From: an uncultured virus (IMG/VR IMGVR_UViG_3300035698_030196)
Taxonomy: Duplodnaviria; Heunggongvirae; Uroviricota; Caudoviricetes
IMG/VR virus record: IMGVR_UViG_3300035698_030196
Length of the DNA: 64,000 bases
Reading direction: 5' to 3' (one strand)
Positions 50,340 to 60,205 of the stretch are shown in pieces. The notes beneath the pieces are model-generated. The model saw only the letters and a list, made by a program, of their open reading frames with translations. It did not search any database and had not been told where the DNA came from. How positions within the stretch are numbered: the stretch's first letter is position 1; each line of letters begins with the position of its first letter. The position numbers and the translations under genes are program-made.

Positions 50340-51227
50340 TTATTTTTTATAGAAATCATCGAGCCATTTATTCTTACTTGAATAGTTATAAATGGTTCTA
50401 CTCTTTCTGAATTGACTTTTGGTTTTATATTTAAGAGATTCTTGTTTACATATATCATAATTTAATATAAGTTTTTTAGATATTGTTTTATAAAAATCAT
50501 CGAGCCAACCATTTAATAATGAAAATTTATGAGCACTTTGGTTTTTATCATGAAATTCAGTTTTAGTTTTATATTTAAGAGATTCTTGTTTACATTTATC
50601 ATAACACCAAATAACCTTATCGATATTACCAATATCACCTCCTGCTTTTTTATTCAAAACATTAAATTCACTATTTTTATAAAAATCTATATAATACTTT
50701 TCTAATACAATTGCTTCTTCTAATTCTATATAATCTGTTAATAGTTTTAACTCAACCTCCAATCCAGTTTCTTTTTTGTATTTATAAACCACAGAATTTA
50801 GTTTTTCATTATTCATATGTTCTTTTTTTCTTCTATGTATATTACAGGTTAAGCCTATATAAATCGATTTATCCGTGAATTCGAATGCGTATACTAACCT
50901 CTTTTTTAAGTTACCGATCACTATCATGTGTTTACATAACTCATCTAACCAACCATTTTTATTTGCATTTTTATATGCCGTTGGGAATTTTTTACAAAAA
51001 TCTGATCTTGTATAACACAATTTAGAAACTTCTTCACATCTTTCCTTATTCCAATAACCTTTTGGTTTTATTGTTGGAATCATGTGTTTACATAACTCAT
51101 CTAACCAACCATTTCTTCTACAAGACATAAAAGCCCCAGATGCATTCAACTTAAATTCTTTTTTTGATGTATATTTAAGTGACTCTTTCTTACAATTTTC
51201 TTTTATCCAATAACCCTTAACCTTCAT
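50340..51227 (-). CDS. GIY-YIG homing endonuclease flanked by KGYW/NGWLD repeats
   Basis: LVYAFEF..IYIGLT...R..EH core; about four C..ESLKY...NGWLD repeats; likely start MKVKGYW at 51227. Confidence 0.8.
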   Translation of the reverse strand: MKVKGYWIKENCKKESLKYTSKKEFKLNASGAFMSCRRNGWLDELCKHMIPTIKPKGYWNKERCEEVSKLCYTRSDFCKKFPTAYKNANKNGWLDELCKHMIVIGNLKKRLVYAFEFTDKSIYIGLTCNIHRRKKEHMNNEKLNSVVYKYKKETGLEVELKLLTDYIELEEAIVLEKYYIDFYKNSEFNVLNKKAGGDIGNIDKVIWCYDKCKQESLKYKTKTEFHDKNQSAHKFSLLNGWLDDFYKTISKKLILNYDICKQESLKYKTKSQFRKSRTIYNYSSKNKWLDDFYKK

Positions 51228-51335
51228 ATGTTCTATATATAAAATATTATAGACATAATCTAATTTGAACATAAGAAAATGTCACAAGATATATTGAGAA
51301 AGCATTTTAATATTGAGTAATTAATATATAGGTTT

Positions 51336-51722
51336 ATGATATACTTAAAGCCATATAAGATATTTGAAACTATTGATATGGATCAATTAAAATTTGATGT
51401 TAATAATATTTTCTTATCAGAAGTATCTAATGAAGATAAATTTGATATTGATGTTATACAAAGTGATAATAAAATTTGGATAAGTATCGAATTATCGAAT
51501 TATTTAGATTATAATGGATTCAAACTTATTGAAGTAAGGGATGTTTTACTTAGAATAAAGGATTTTTTGGAAGATAGTTGTGGTAAGATGTACATTTTAG
51601 TCGCAGGTGAAACTGAGAGATTTGGAGTTGAAATTACTAAATCTAATATTATTGAAATTAATAGATATTATAATATGATAGATACAAATGGTATATCAAA
51701 CATAGCAATAAGTGTTATTTAA
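51336..51722 (+). CDS. Leader-bearing protein, distant RLKDFL-family member
   Basis: MIYLKPYKIFET; EVRDVLLRIKDFL; TTAATATATA 5 nt before ATG. Confidence 0.7.
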   Translation: MIYLKPYKIFETIDMDQLKFDVNNIFLSEVSNEDKFDIDVIQSDNKIWISIELSNYLDYNGFKLIEVRDVLLRIKDFLEDSCGKMYILVAGETERFGVEITKSNIIEINRYYNMIDTNGISNIAISVI

Positions 51723-51796
51723 CTCTATAAATTACATAAAAATACTCAAAGAAAGAATAGTTCTGATAATATATAACCTAAATTAAATATAAAATT

Positions 51797-52012
51797 ATGG
51801 AATATATCGATAAATATGACGAATTAATAAGGTTATTAACCGAAGAAGTTGAGATAGATGGTAAAAAGTATAATCTAAAAGATGACTTCGAGAAATTTTT
51901 CATTCGTTCAAATAAAACAGCTGGGACTCGCATAAGAAAAATGATGCAAGAGATTAAAGGTCTTTCTCAGGATATCAGAAATGATGTACAAACATATAAA
52001 AATAAGATTTAA
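51797..52012 (+). CDS. Hc1/histone-H1-like small protein of the Bacteroidota type
   Basis: D.EKF...NKTAGTRIRK.MQEIK...QDIR. Confidence 0.7.
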   Translation: MEYIDKYDELIRLLTEEVEIDGKKYNLKDDFEKFFIRSNKTAGTRIRKMMQEIKGLSQDIRNDVQTYKNKI

Positions 52013-52095
52013 ATATATCCGAACCACACACGACATTGTATAGTAAATCTGTTTTGACATTTTTATTTTAATATATAAAATAAAAATATAATATC

Positions 52096-52770
52096 ATGAA
52101 TAAAATGTCAAAGTATAGTGATGTCGAACTATTAGAAATTTTAAACAATTTTAAATCCATGAGAGAAGTTATTTTATTTATAGGCTATAAAAGTGCAACA
52201 ACTGGTTCATATAATCTTGTGAAGAAAGAATGTAGTTTACGTGGTCTTGAGATACCAAAATATAATTATTTTGGTGATGGCCTAAATGATTTTAATCAAG
52301 TAAAATATACAAATGAGGAAGTTTTTTGTGAACACTCAACATATTCGAGACACTCACTTATAAAAAGAATAATTAAAGATGATTTACTCGAATATAAATG
52401 TTCTGAATGTGGTAATATTGGTGAGTGGAATGGTAAGAAATTATCACTACAACTAGAACACATAAACGGCATACATGATGATAATAGATTGAATAATCTA
52501 ACTTTTTTATGTCCGAATTGCCACACACAAACAAAAACATATGGTGGTAAATCTCTAAAAAAACATCACTATTGTATTTGTGGGAACGAAAAAACAAAAA
52601 GAAGCAAACAGTGTATTTTTTGTTCAAACAATGAGGAAAAGAATAGAAATAGGAAGGTTGAAAGACCAAAAATGGAAATTATACTGAATGATATAAAAGA
52701 ATTGGGGTACACTGGTACAGGAAGAAAATATGGTGTTAGTGATAACGCTATAAGGAAATGGATAAAATAA
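52096..52770 (+). CDS. HNH homing endonuclease
   Basis: CSECG..WNGK.L.LQLEHING..DNR.NNL.FLCPNCH; C-terminal HTH GRKYGVSDNAIRKW. Confidence 0.9.
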   Translation: MNKMSKYSDVELLEILNNFKSMREVILFIGYKSATTGSYNLVKKECSLRGLEIPKYNYFGDGLNDFNQVKYTNEEVFCEHSTYSRHSLIKRIIKDDLLEYKCSECGNIGEWNGKKLSLQLEHINGIHDDNRLNNLTFLCPNCHTQTKTYGGKSLKKHHYCICGNEKTKRSKQCIFCSNNEEKNRNRKVERPKMEIILNDIKELGYTGTGRKYGVSDNAIRKWIK

Positions 52771-52779
52771 TAATCATTG

Positions 52780-52803
52780 AAAACCCACTAATATGTGGGT
52801 TTT
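52780..52803 (+). terminator. Intrinsic terminator
   Basis: AAAACCCAC...GTGGGTTTT. Confidence 0.7.
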
Positions 52804-52837
52804 CTTTTTTAATATATAAAGAAATTATAATATTTTT

Positions 52838-53377
52838 ATGAAAAAATTTAGCAAAATAATAAACCAACAAATTGGTGAAGAACCTAAAATAATCAAAAGA
52901 TTAGATGAATCTGATATTTTCAAATATAAGATGCTAGATTTGATGGGAAGATATTTAAAAATTAAAACAAGTGGTCCTATAGATGATCGACTAGTAGCAG
53001 GTAGAATTACTATTGAAGGTAAAGAAATGCTTGTAGAAGCTTTATTTGATTTACTAACACAGAAAACAGATAACGAGCAAACTAAGATACTTGAATCACT
53101 TAAAAATGAAATATCAAATTGGGAAGCTATTGATAACAAAATTGACTCTTTGAAGAAAGAACAAGTGTCATTATCAAATAGAAGAAAATTTAAAAATATA
53201 TTAGAGATGTATGAAGATGATGAAACATTTTTATTCGTTCTTGAAAAAAATACTGAAAAAATAACAAATACCAAAACACTTATTGATTATTCTAAATTAA
53301 TAGAGGATAGTTATCTTAATGAAACTACCAAACAACAGTCTATTGATATTTGTCAAGAGAGAATCAAAAAATTATAA
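52838..53377 (+). CDS. Hypothetical protein (weak leader MKKFSKI)
   Basis: 179-aa ORF; TTAATATATA upstream. Confidence 0.65.
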   Translation: MKKFSKIINQQIGEEPKIIKRLDESDIFKYKMLDLMGRYLKIKTSGPIDDRLVAGRITIEGKEMLVEALFDLLTQKTDNEQTKILESLKNEISNWEAIDNKIDSLKKEQVSLSNRRKFKNILEMYEDDETFLFVLEKNTEKITNTKTLIDYSKLIEDSYLNETTKQQSIDICQERIKKL

Positions 53378-53629
53378 TTCTTCGCTAATATCAGAATATA
53401 ATGGTGTTCTTTTAATTATTTGCTTAATTAAATCCATTCCAATATCTTGTAATATAATCTTGTAAGAATTATAACCATCCTTTTCAACCATCTCACCTTT
53501 TGCTAATTTCCTAATATCATTTTTTGTCATGTAAATCTCTTCCCTTGTTGGGTTAAATGATACTAAAAATCCAAATTTACATAAGTTTGTAAACCCAGTT
53601 TCACTTAATGACATTCTAACTTCTTTCAT
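53372..53629 (-). CDS. Hypothetical protein
   Basis: 85-aa ORF. Confidence 0.55.
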   Translation of the reverse strand: MKEVRMSLSETGFTNLCKFGFLVSFNPTREEIYMTKNDIRKLAKGEMVEKDGYNSYKIILQDIGMDLIKQIIKRTPLYSDISEEL

Positions 53630-53781
53630 ATAATTGTAATTTTTATTTATCTATTATATTAAAATAACTACCTAAGTTTTTTAAAATATTTTGATTTTTT
53701 ATTAAACTTTTTAAAACTTAACCCGGTTAACGAATATAACATTTATACGAAATTAATCGTAGAAAAATAATAATTTAAGAT

Positions 53782-54054
53782 ATGAACAAAGCAGACTTAG
53801 TAAAATCAATCTCAGAACAAACAGGATTAACAAAAACAAAATCTATTGAGGTTTTAGATGCATTAACAGCAACAATCAGTAATTCTTTATCCGAGGGTGA
53901 AAAAGTAACACTAACCGGATTTGGAACATTCACAACTTCTAATAGAACCGCTCGCAAGGGTAGAAACCCTAAGACTGGCGAATCTATTGATATCCCAGCA
54001 AAGAAAGTTGCTAGATTTAAAGCAGGTACTTCTTTAGTTAAAAGAGTTAATTAA
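53782..54054 (+). CDS. hup: DNA-binding protein HU
   Basis: MNKADLV, GFGTF, R.ARKGRNPKTGE.I.IPA, FKAG. Confidence 0.95.
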   Translation: MNKADLVKSISEQTGLTKTKSIEVLDALTATISNSLSEGEKVTLTGFGTFTTSNRTARKGRNPKTGESIDIPAKKVARFKAGTSLVKRVN

Positions 54055-54075
54055 AGAACCAAATCTCATTTTTTT

Positions 54076-54106
54076 AAAGCCCACGAATTATTTGTGGGCT
54101 TTTTTT
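54076..54106 (+). terminator. Intrinsic terminator
   Basis: AAAGCCCACGAA...TTTGTGGGCTTTTTTT. Confidence 0.8.
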
Positions 54107-54139
54107 ATTAATATATAAACAAAGGAAAAATTAATAATT

Positions 54140-54565
54140 ATGAATAATCTTAAAAAATTTGAAAACTTTAATAATAATGACAATGGTGGTAAAGAAAGAA
54201 TTCCAATAATGGAATTTATAAAACCATTTATGGAGTCACAATTCTTCATTGATGAAGAACTAAATGATTACATTGAAGAAGAGAGTATTAATAATTTTAT
54301 TAGTCAGTATGTTATGGATGACTATTCACTTGAATATTTTGAGAAAGAGGGAGATTTCCCATATAAAAGTATTAAAAATTGGAGCGAAGGTGGAGACGGT
54401 AAAGATGAATCACGCAGTTATAGTGTTTTTGAAAGAAAATCTGATGGTAAATTATTTCTAATATGGATGCATGATGCCGGGCAATATGGTCCATCAACAT
54501 TATCATGTTGTGAATACGCAGAAGAGGTAAAGGAGAAAAAAGTCACTACATCAACATATGAATAA
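54140..54565 (+). CDS. Leader-bearing hypothetical protein
   Basis: MNNLKKFENFN; TTAATATATA upstream. Confidence 0.7.
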   Translation: MNNLKKFENFNNNDNGGKERIPIMEFIKPFMESQFFIDEELNDYIEEESINNFISQYVMDDYSLEYFEKEGDFPYKSIKNWSEGGDGKDESRSYSVFERKSDGKLFLIWMHDAGQYGPSTLSCCEYAEEVKEKKVTTSTYE

Positions 54566-54965
54566 GATAGATAAATATAATGATTTCGGTCTAAACGAAT
54601 CTAAAAAAGGTGATGATATACAAGAAATTGATAATATAATACAATCTTTAGATTTGTTAGATGGTGTTGAAAGTTTAAAGAAAACTCTTATTCGATTAGG
54701 AAGTGGTGATGAATTAGGTTACGAAGTAGTTGTTCATTTTTCAAGGTCACATATGAGGAGTAGAAAGAAAACTGACATAGTTGATCAATCCCGTGGCATA
54801 CGAGGTGCCCGTGGTAGTGAATCATTTGGCTTTAACGTTGATGATATCGGTGTTCTAAGAAATATATTTGATGTGGTAGAAATGTTAACAAGCCTTGGTT
54901 ATGAGTCTCGAATCACAACACTTGCACCAAATTGTGTTGATGTTGAATTTACGGTAAAATTCTAA
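54558..54965 (+). CDS. Leader-bearing hypothetical protein
   Basis: MNKIDKYNDFGLNES. Confidence 0.7.
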   Translation: MNKIDKYNDFGLNESKKGDDIQEIDNIIQSLDLLDGVESLKKTLIRLGSGDELGYEVVVHFSRSHMRSRKKTDIVDQSRGIRGARGSESFGFNVDDIGVLRNIFDVVEMLTSLGYESRITTLAPNCVDVEFTVKF

Positions 54966-55602
54966 TTGTGAAATTCCCTTCAGTTGGTGGTGTCAATTCG
55001 AGTATTACTTTTTTAGATGAACTATATCTTTGTTCATCATCACTATAAGAAAATACATCCATATAATGAAATGTATTAAATCTATTATTCACAAAGAATC
55101 CTTCTTTCATATACAAATATAAACTATCTAAGTCTGAATCTAAGCTTGAGTAAAATGCTATAGTCCCATCTTCGTATGAAGATTTATAATAACTATTATC
55201 TTCTTTACAAACATATACAAAAACTTGTGAATTTGTTATATAACCATCTGTTTTGACATAAGTGCCTGTTTCTATACAACTCGTAGTATCTAACTGATCC
55301 ATCATGTATAATGTCCTCTCATGTGCTTCTATTACAAGTGGATCATTACGATGTTGGTCATAATTTCGTAAATAAATTACTATTAAATTTGGTACAAGTT
55401 TTTCCAACAACCCAGATAGTCCAGGTCTTGCGACGAATTCAACTTTAATATTAGAATCGTATTCAATTTCTCTCCAGATATCTTTAACGTGTTCTATAAT
55501 TCTAGAATGTTCTCTAGACACATCCTCGTATTTAAGTAGGTCAAAACTATCTACAAATTTATTTACTATTTCCGAAAATATTCTCTCAGGTATCTTACTC
55601 AT
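54949..55602 (-). CDS. Hypothetical protein
   Basis: 217-aa ORF overlapping the upstream NTase stop. Confidence 0.6.
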   Translation of the reverse strand: MSKIPERIFSEIVNKFVDSFDLLKYEDVSREHSRIIEHVKDIWREIEYDSNIKVEFVARPGLSGLLEKLVPNLIVIYLRNYDQHRNDPLVIEAHERTLYMMDQLDTTSCIETGTYVKTDGYITNSQVFVYVCKEDNSYYKSSYEDGTIAFYSSLDSDLDSLYLYMKEGFFVNNRFNTFHYMDVFSYSDDEQRYSSSKKVILELTPPTEGNFTIRILP

Positions 55603-56296
55603 ATTCCTTTGTATATATTCTTTTCTTTATTTGAATTTTATCATCATTATCTAACATTTTCTCAATTATAACCTCTCTCAAATGGGCATCATTCTTAATT
55701 TCTACCCATCCTCTACATAGCATTTTATCTTTTCGGTGTAAAAATCTATCTGGGTTATACATCATAGCAAGTTTATTCACTTTGAACACACACAATTGTG
55801 AATGTAGAATAGAATCTTTACAATTTTCATATAACTTTTCACCATCATAAGATAAACCACAACAACTTATATCAACATTCTGTATCAATCTTTGAAACCC
55901 TTCTCTGTAAACATTTTCACTTATATCTATAATGCCTGAAACTTTCATAGCAGGTCTTATCAATTGAACTACTTTATCATTTTTAATAAATGTGTGTGGT
56001 TCATTAATTATCTTTATATCTGAATAAGTAGATGCTAAATCTTTAGGTGTTAAATTTTCAAAGAAAATATAACCTTTATCTTCTAATATTTTCTTAACAA
56101 CTTTATAAGTTTTTGCACCAATTAAAATATCAATATCATGTATTTTTTTATCCGCAATTATATCACGAATAGCACCACCAAACACACGAATTATTGGTGA
56201 AAACTCTCTATTATATTCCTTAATCTCTACATTAAATAGTTCATCAGAATCAAATCCTAAATATTCATCTAATTTTAATTTTATTTCGTTTTCCAT
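55595..56296 (-). CDS. Pol-beta-superfamily nucleotidyltransferase (CCA/PAP-like head domain only)
   Basis: VFGGAIRD, DIDILI, VDISCC; TATATTTG at 56316-56323 on the minus strand. Confidence 0.7.
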   Translation of the reverse strand: MENEIKLKLDEYLGFDSDELFNVEIKEYNREFSPIIRVFGGAIRDIIADKKIHDIDILIGAKTYKVVKKILEDKGYIFFENLTPKDLASTYSDIKIINEPHTFIKNDKVVQLIRPAMKVSGIIDISENVYREGFQRLIQNVDISCCGLSYDGEKLYENCKDSILHSQLCVFKVNKLAMMYNPDRFLHRKDKMLCRGWVEIKNDAHLREVIIEKMLDNDDKIQIKKRIYTKEYE

Positions 56297-56375
56297 AAAA
56301 AAATATTTATATATACAAATATAGTAAATTAATTCGAGAAATTAATATATAATTAAAAAATAATACAGTTTTAAT

Positions 56376-58046
56376 ATGAAATGGTTAAAAACAAGAACTA
56401 GATATTTAAATGAAGCAAAAATAAGAGATTATATACTTCCTAGACAACAAAAAGAACTTGTTTCTAGATGGGGTGAAAAGTTTTTAGATTATGAAGAGGT
56501 TGATCCTACTGATAAAATTAAACAAGGTAAGTGGAAATTATCAGATGAGGATAAATTTTTAGTATTAAATGCCTTTTTTGGTTGTGATATCAATAGAATC
56601 TTAAAAAAAATAGATTCATTGTCAGATAAATTCACACACATACTTGAACAGTCATTAGACAAATCAATTATAAGTAATGCTAGTTTAAAAGAGAAGGTAT
56701 CTATAATCTTTGATACCTTTAATGCTAAAAGACCTAGTGTTGATCAAATGAGTATGTTATATGAGCCAATATTTAAATCATTATCAGTTGGTGAAACAAA
56801 ATCAGATTCTGTTATTCAAAGAGATGAAACAGGTAAGCCTTTAAAGGATGAAAATAGTAAGATAATTAAAGTAGCTAAAGAAGCTGGTGCTCCAATTTTT
56901 AGTAAGAACCTAGTTAATATTAAAGGAGTTATAGATGATTATAATAAATGTTATGTTGATGATAAAATTGATTTTCAGGGTATTTTTAATAATTCAGACA
57001 TAACACGATTAGTATCAATGTCTAAAGAAAATCACAACTCTCAATTTAAATTTGATTTTAAAATTTTTGATAGAGATTTATATCTTTCTATCAATCATAA
57101 TCCTAGAGATATTTTAAATATGTCTATATCAAAATTCTTTGCATCTTGTATGCACTTATACACTGGTGGTTATAGAGATCAATTACTAGCTAATGTATTT
57201 GATCCAAACTCAATACCTGCATTCTTAACATTTGATACTGAAATTTACTGGCAAAAAGAAAAAATATCAGATTTCTTACCGCTTACTAGAATGATGCTCA
57301 GAAATATTGAATCTTTTAACAGTGATGAAAATGTAAAAGTATACTTTGATAGAGCTTATCCAGATAGAATGAAAAAAGTTTTTGACCTGATGGTAATTAA
57401 ATACAGTGAAAACAAACAAACTGCTACTGATAGAGATACTTACATTTACACACCGGATATTGATCCTGGTGATAATTTATCAAGTCCTTACATGGATAGA
57501 ATGCGTATTAAAAAACATGGATATATCGGTAAGAATACAAAATCACTTTACCTAAATAGATCTTATGATTGGAGTCAGATTAAAATTTCACCATCTGCTA
57601 ATATTAAAGAAATTGTAGTTGAGACTGATGTTTTACCTGAAAATATGGCAAATACTAAATTGAAACCAGAATGGATTAAATTTAAATTAATGAAAATTTC
57701 AAATTTAGACCCATTTAAAGAAATAACAACTGAAATGATAGCATTTGATAAATGTAGATTAAATCTATCTGTTTTAGATTCCATGTCTGATAAAATTAAA
57801 AATTTACAATTAATAAGTTCTGAAATTGTCGGTGATTTAGATTTATCTAAATTCGAAAATCTTGAAGAATTAGAATTAGTGTATACTTTAGATACTTTAG
57901 ATCAATTAAAAGCGATTGTAAGTAACTTAGAATTAAAGAAACTTTCTGTATCTGGTGATTTATTTTCAACACCAGAAGGCAAGACGTATCTTAAATCCTT
58001 GAGGAAAGGAAAAATGGAAATTAAAATAATAGGACCTGTAGTATGA
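56376..58046 (+). CDS. Leader-bearing protein with SCM/DR.Y/PYMD domain and LRR-like C-terminus
   Basis: MKWLKTRTRYLNEA; ASCMH, FDRAYP, SPYMD; LDLSKFENLEELEL. Confidence 0.7.
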   Translation: MKWLKTRTRYLNEAKIRDYILPRQQKELVSRWGEKFLDYEEVDPTDKIKQGKWKLSDEDKFLVLNAFFGCDINRILKKIDSLSDKFTHILEQSLDKSIISNASLKEKVSIIFDTFNAKRPSVDQMSMLYEPIFKSLSVGETKSDSVIQRDETGKPLKDENSKIIKVAKEAGAPIFSKNLVNIKGVIDDYNKCYVDDKIDFQGIFNNSDITRLVSMSKENHNSQFKFDFKIFDRDLYLSINHNPRDILNMSISKFFASCMHLYTGGYRDQLLANVFDPNSIPAFLTFDTEIYWQKEKISDFLPLTRMMLRNIESFNSDENVKVYFDRAYPDRMKKVFDLMVIKYSENKQTATDRDTYIYTPDIDPGDNLSSPYMDRMRIKKHGYIGKNTKSLYLNRSYDWSQIKISPSANIKEIVVETDVLPENMANTKLKPEWIKFKLMKISNLDPFKEITTEMIAFDKCRLNLSVLDSMSDKIKNLQLISSEIVGDLDLSKFENLEELELVYTLDTLDQLKAIVSNLELKKLSVSGDLFSTPEGKTYLKSLRKGKMEIKIIGPVV

Positions 58047-59671
58047 AAGAATTAAAATATATCAAATTTTTTGAAGCATTTGAATCTGATAAGTTATCAA
58101 AAACATTTGGCTTCTTAAATAAAGAATCACAAGAAAGATTTTTGATAAGACTAAAGAGATACTTAAATAAGATAGATTTCCCTTATTCTGAAATAAGTGA
58201 TGAATTTATTGAATATCTACCTTTTAATGCCGCACTTAAAAAATCAGCTATGGCAACTGATGAGGTATGTGAAACTACCAGTAATCAAGCATTTCCTGAA
58301 CATGGTATAGATGGAGAGAAATGTGAGAAGGGTAAAATTAAAAGAAGATGGGGTAAATCAATTAGGACAGTTACATGCCCTGTGTGTGATGGTACTGGTA
58401 TTAAAAAGAAAAGAGAAGGTGAAATTAAATTAATAAAATATTGGTTCACTAAAGAAGGTCGTTATGTAGCAACTACAGCAGTTGATGGTGTAGTTAGAGG
58501 TGGAAATACCAGAGATAAATCTTTATCAACAGATATCTCAGATTATATAGTTGGTGAAAGATTAAGCGTCGATCAAGTACTGGCATTAAAAAAGGGGACG
58601 ATAATAAGTGCAACATTAGGAAATGGTAGAACTAGAAGAAGTGTATGTTATATTTATAAATATGGTACTAGAAGAGAAGTCTGGGCACTAAATAATGATG
58701 AAGCTGGTGATACACCACCTGATAATGAATGGAGAAAATTTTCACACTATTCATGGGGAATGTATTCTGGTTCATTTCGTGATGCTAGATTGTTAACATT
58801 AAAAGATGATGTTGGTGATGAAGTCATTAACCCTTATACATGGAATTCACCAGTAGATAATTATGCTAATATTCCTAGAAGAAGATATGTGGATGATGTT
58901 AAAGATTCAATAAAAGATGCACATTTCGCATTAGTTATAGATGCATCTAAATTATCAAAAACTGATTATTCTAGATTAACCCGCACAAGGGATAAAAGAA
59001 CCACCGCAAAAAAGGGTGCATTTTTAACAGATAATGAAGTAAGAGATATTAACATTGCTAGATATTTAGATAAAATCAGTAAAGGTATGAATATAACTGA
59101 TGATGTTAAAAATATCAATAGATTAATTAAAAGATTATTAAGATTTAGATTTGCAATATTCTCAATGGTTGCTGGTAATCTTCCAAATAAAATTGGTCCT
59201 ATTCTCAATGAATATTATTCACTTTTAAGAACTGAGGACGAGAGTTATAAAAAGAGTTATATTTCAAATATTCAAGATAGAATAGACTCAATAATGAGTG
59301 GTTTAAAAAACTCTAATGTTAGAAAAACTGTTGAGGAGATAAAATCAACATTGAAGACTAACGGACACACATCACACTTAGAATTGTTTGAAGAAGTATT
59401 GAAGGTTAGTAGTTTAATTTATGATAGAATAACAGAGATAGACATTGAAACAATTGAAGATTTGGAAACAGTCAACCAACGAATAATTTCGATTAAAAGT
59501 GTTTTATCAAGAGGTAGATATAAAATATCAGATATAAGTTATTTCTTACAATATGTATATAACAGTAATACTAGATCTTCTCTATCATCAATTTTAGGAG
59601 AAAGTGATAAAGATGTTAAAGCTATTTTAGATGATATGGATAGATTAAAAAAAGTAATTTCAAAAATATAA
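58043..59671 (+). CDS. Leader-bearing hypothetical protein with CxxCxGxG zinc finger
   Basis: MKELKYIKFFEAFES; C..GKI...CPVCDGTG. Confidence 0.7.
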   Translation: MKELKYIKFFEAFESDKLSKTFGFLNKESQERFLIRLKRYLNKIDFPYSEISDEFIEYLPFNAALKKSAMATDEVCETTSNQAFPEHGIDGEKCEKGKIKRRWGKSIRTVTCPVCDGTGIKKKREGEIKLIKYWFTKEGRYVATTAVDGVVRGGNTRDKSLSTDISDYIVGERLSVDQVLALKKGTIISATLGNGRTRRSVCYIYKYGTRREVWALNNDEAGDTPPDNEWRKFSHYSWGMYSGSFRDARLLTLKDDVGDEVINPYTWNSPVDNYANIPRRRYVDDVKDSIKDAHFALVIDASKLSKTDYSRLTRTRDKRTTAKKGAFLTDNEVRDINIARYLDKISKGMNITDDVKNINRLIKRLLRFRFAIFSMVAGNLPNKIGPILNEYYSLLRTEDESYKKSYISNIQDRIDSIMSGLKNSNVRKTVEEIKSTLKTNGHTSHLELFEEVLKVSSLIYDRITEIDIETIEDLETVNQRIISIKSVLSRGRYKISDISYFLQYVYNSNTRSSLSSILGESDKDVKAILDDMDRLKKVISKI

Positions 59672-59679
59672 AATTAATT

Positions 59680-60183
59680 ATGGATTATAACACAAATACA
59701 CCAAACTATAGCACTCGTAGTAGCAAAATAGCAAATTTTGCAGACTTCGCAGATAATATTAATTCTGAGAAAGAAGAGTTAAAAGATGTGAAAAGAAGTA
59801 TGAATCTAAATCATGATGATACACAAAAGTATCCTAAGAATTCAAGATATAAATACAATAAAGTAACTAGAAAAATCGATGACTTATCTTTAGATATGAT
59901 TGATGATCAATTAGATGCTATTGAAGAATCATTAACAAATACAATAGAATCGATGAGTCGCTTTCTAGAAGACTATGCAGTTTCACATAACTCATTCCAA
60001 AAAAGAGGAATGGATGAAGGTATAAGTGTTCTTAAAAATTCTGAAGATGTTGATGATGGTATCGCCAATATTAATAAAAAGATAAGTAATTGGGAATCAA
60101 AAGAAAAAGGTGATTTAATGCCAGAGGATCAAAGAAAAGATATTATAAGTGGGTTAAATGATTTAATAGCAGCAATAAGCTAG
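59680..60183 (+). CDS. Hypothetical protein
   Basis: 167-aa ORF in a plus-strand gene run. Confidence 0.65.
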   Translation: MDYNTNTPNYSTRSSKIANFADFADNINSEKEELKDVKRSMNLNHDDTQKYPKNSRYKYNKVTRKIDDLSLDMIDDQLDAIEESLTNTIESMSRFLEDYAVSHNSFQKRGMDEGISVLKNSEDVDDGIANINKKISNWESKEKGDLMPEDQRKDIISGLNDLIAAIS

Positions 60184-60205
60184 AATAAAAAATAATAAAA
60201 ATAAT

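Noticed and set aside
52027..52040. CACACGACATT upstream of the HNH gene resembling the inverted repeat before dnaK
   Set aside because: Only a half-site match with no accompanying -24/-12 element; likely chance
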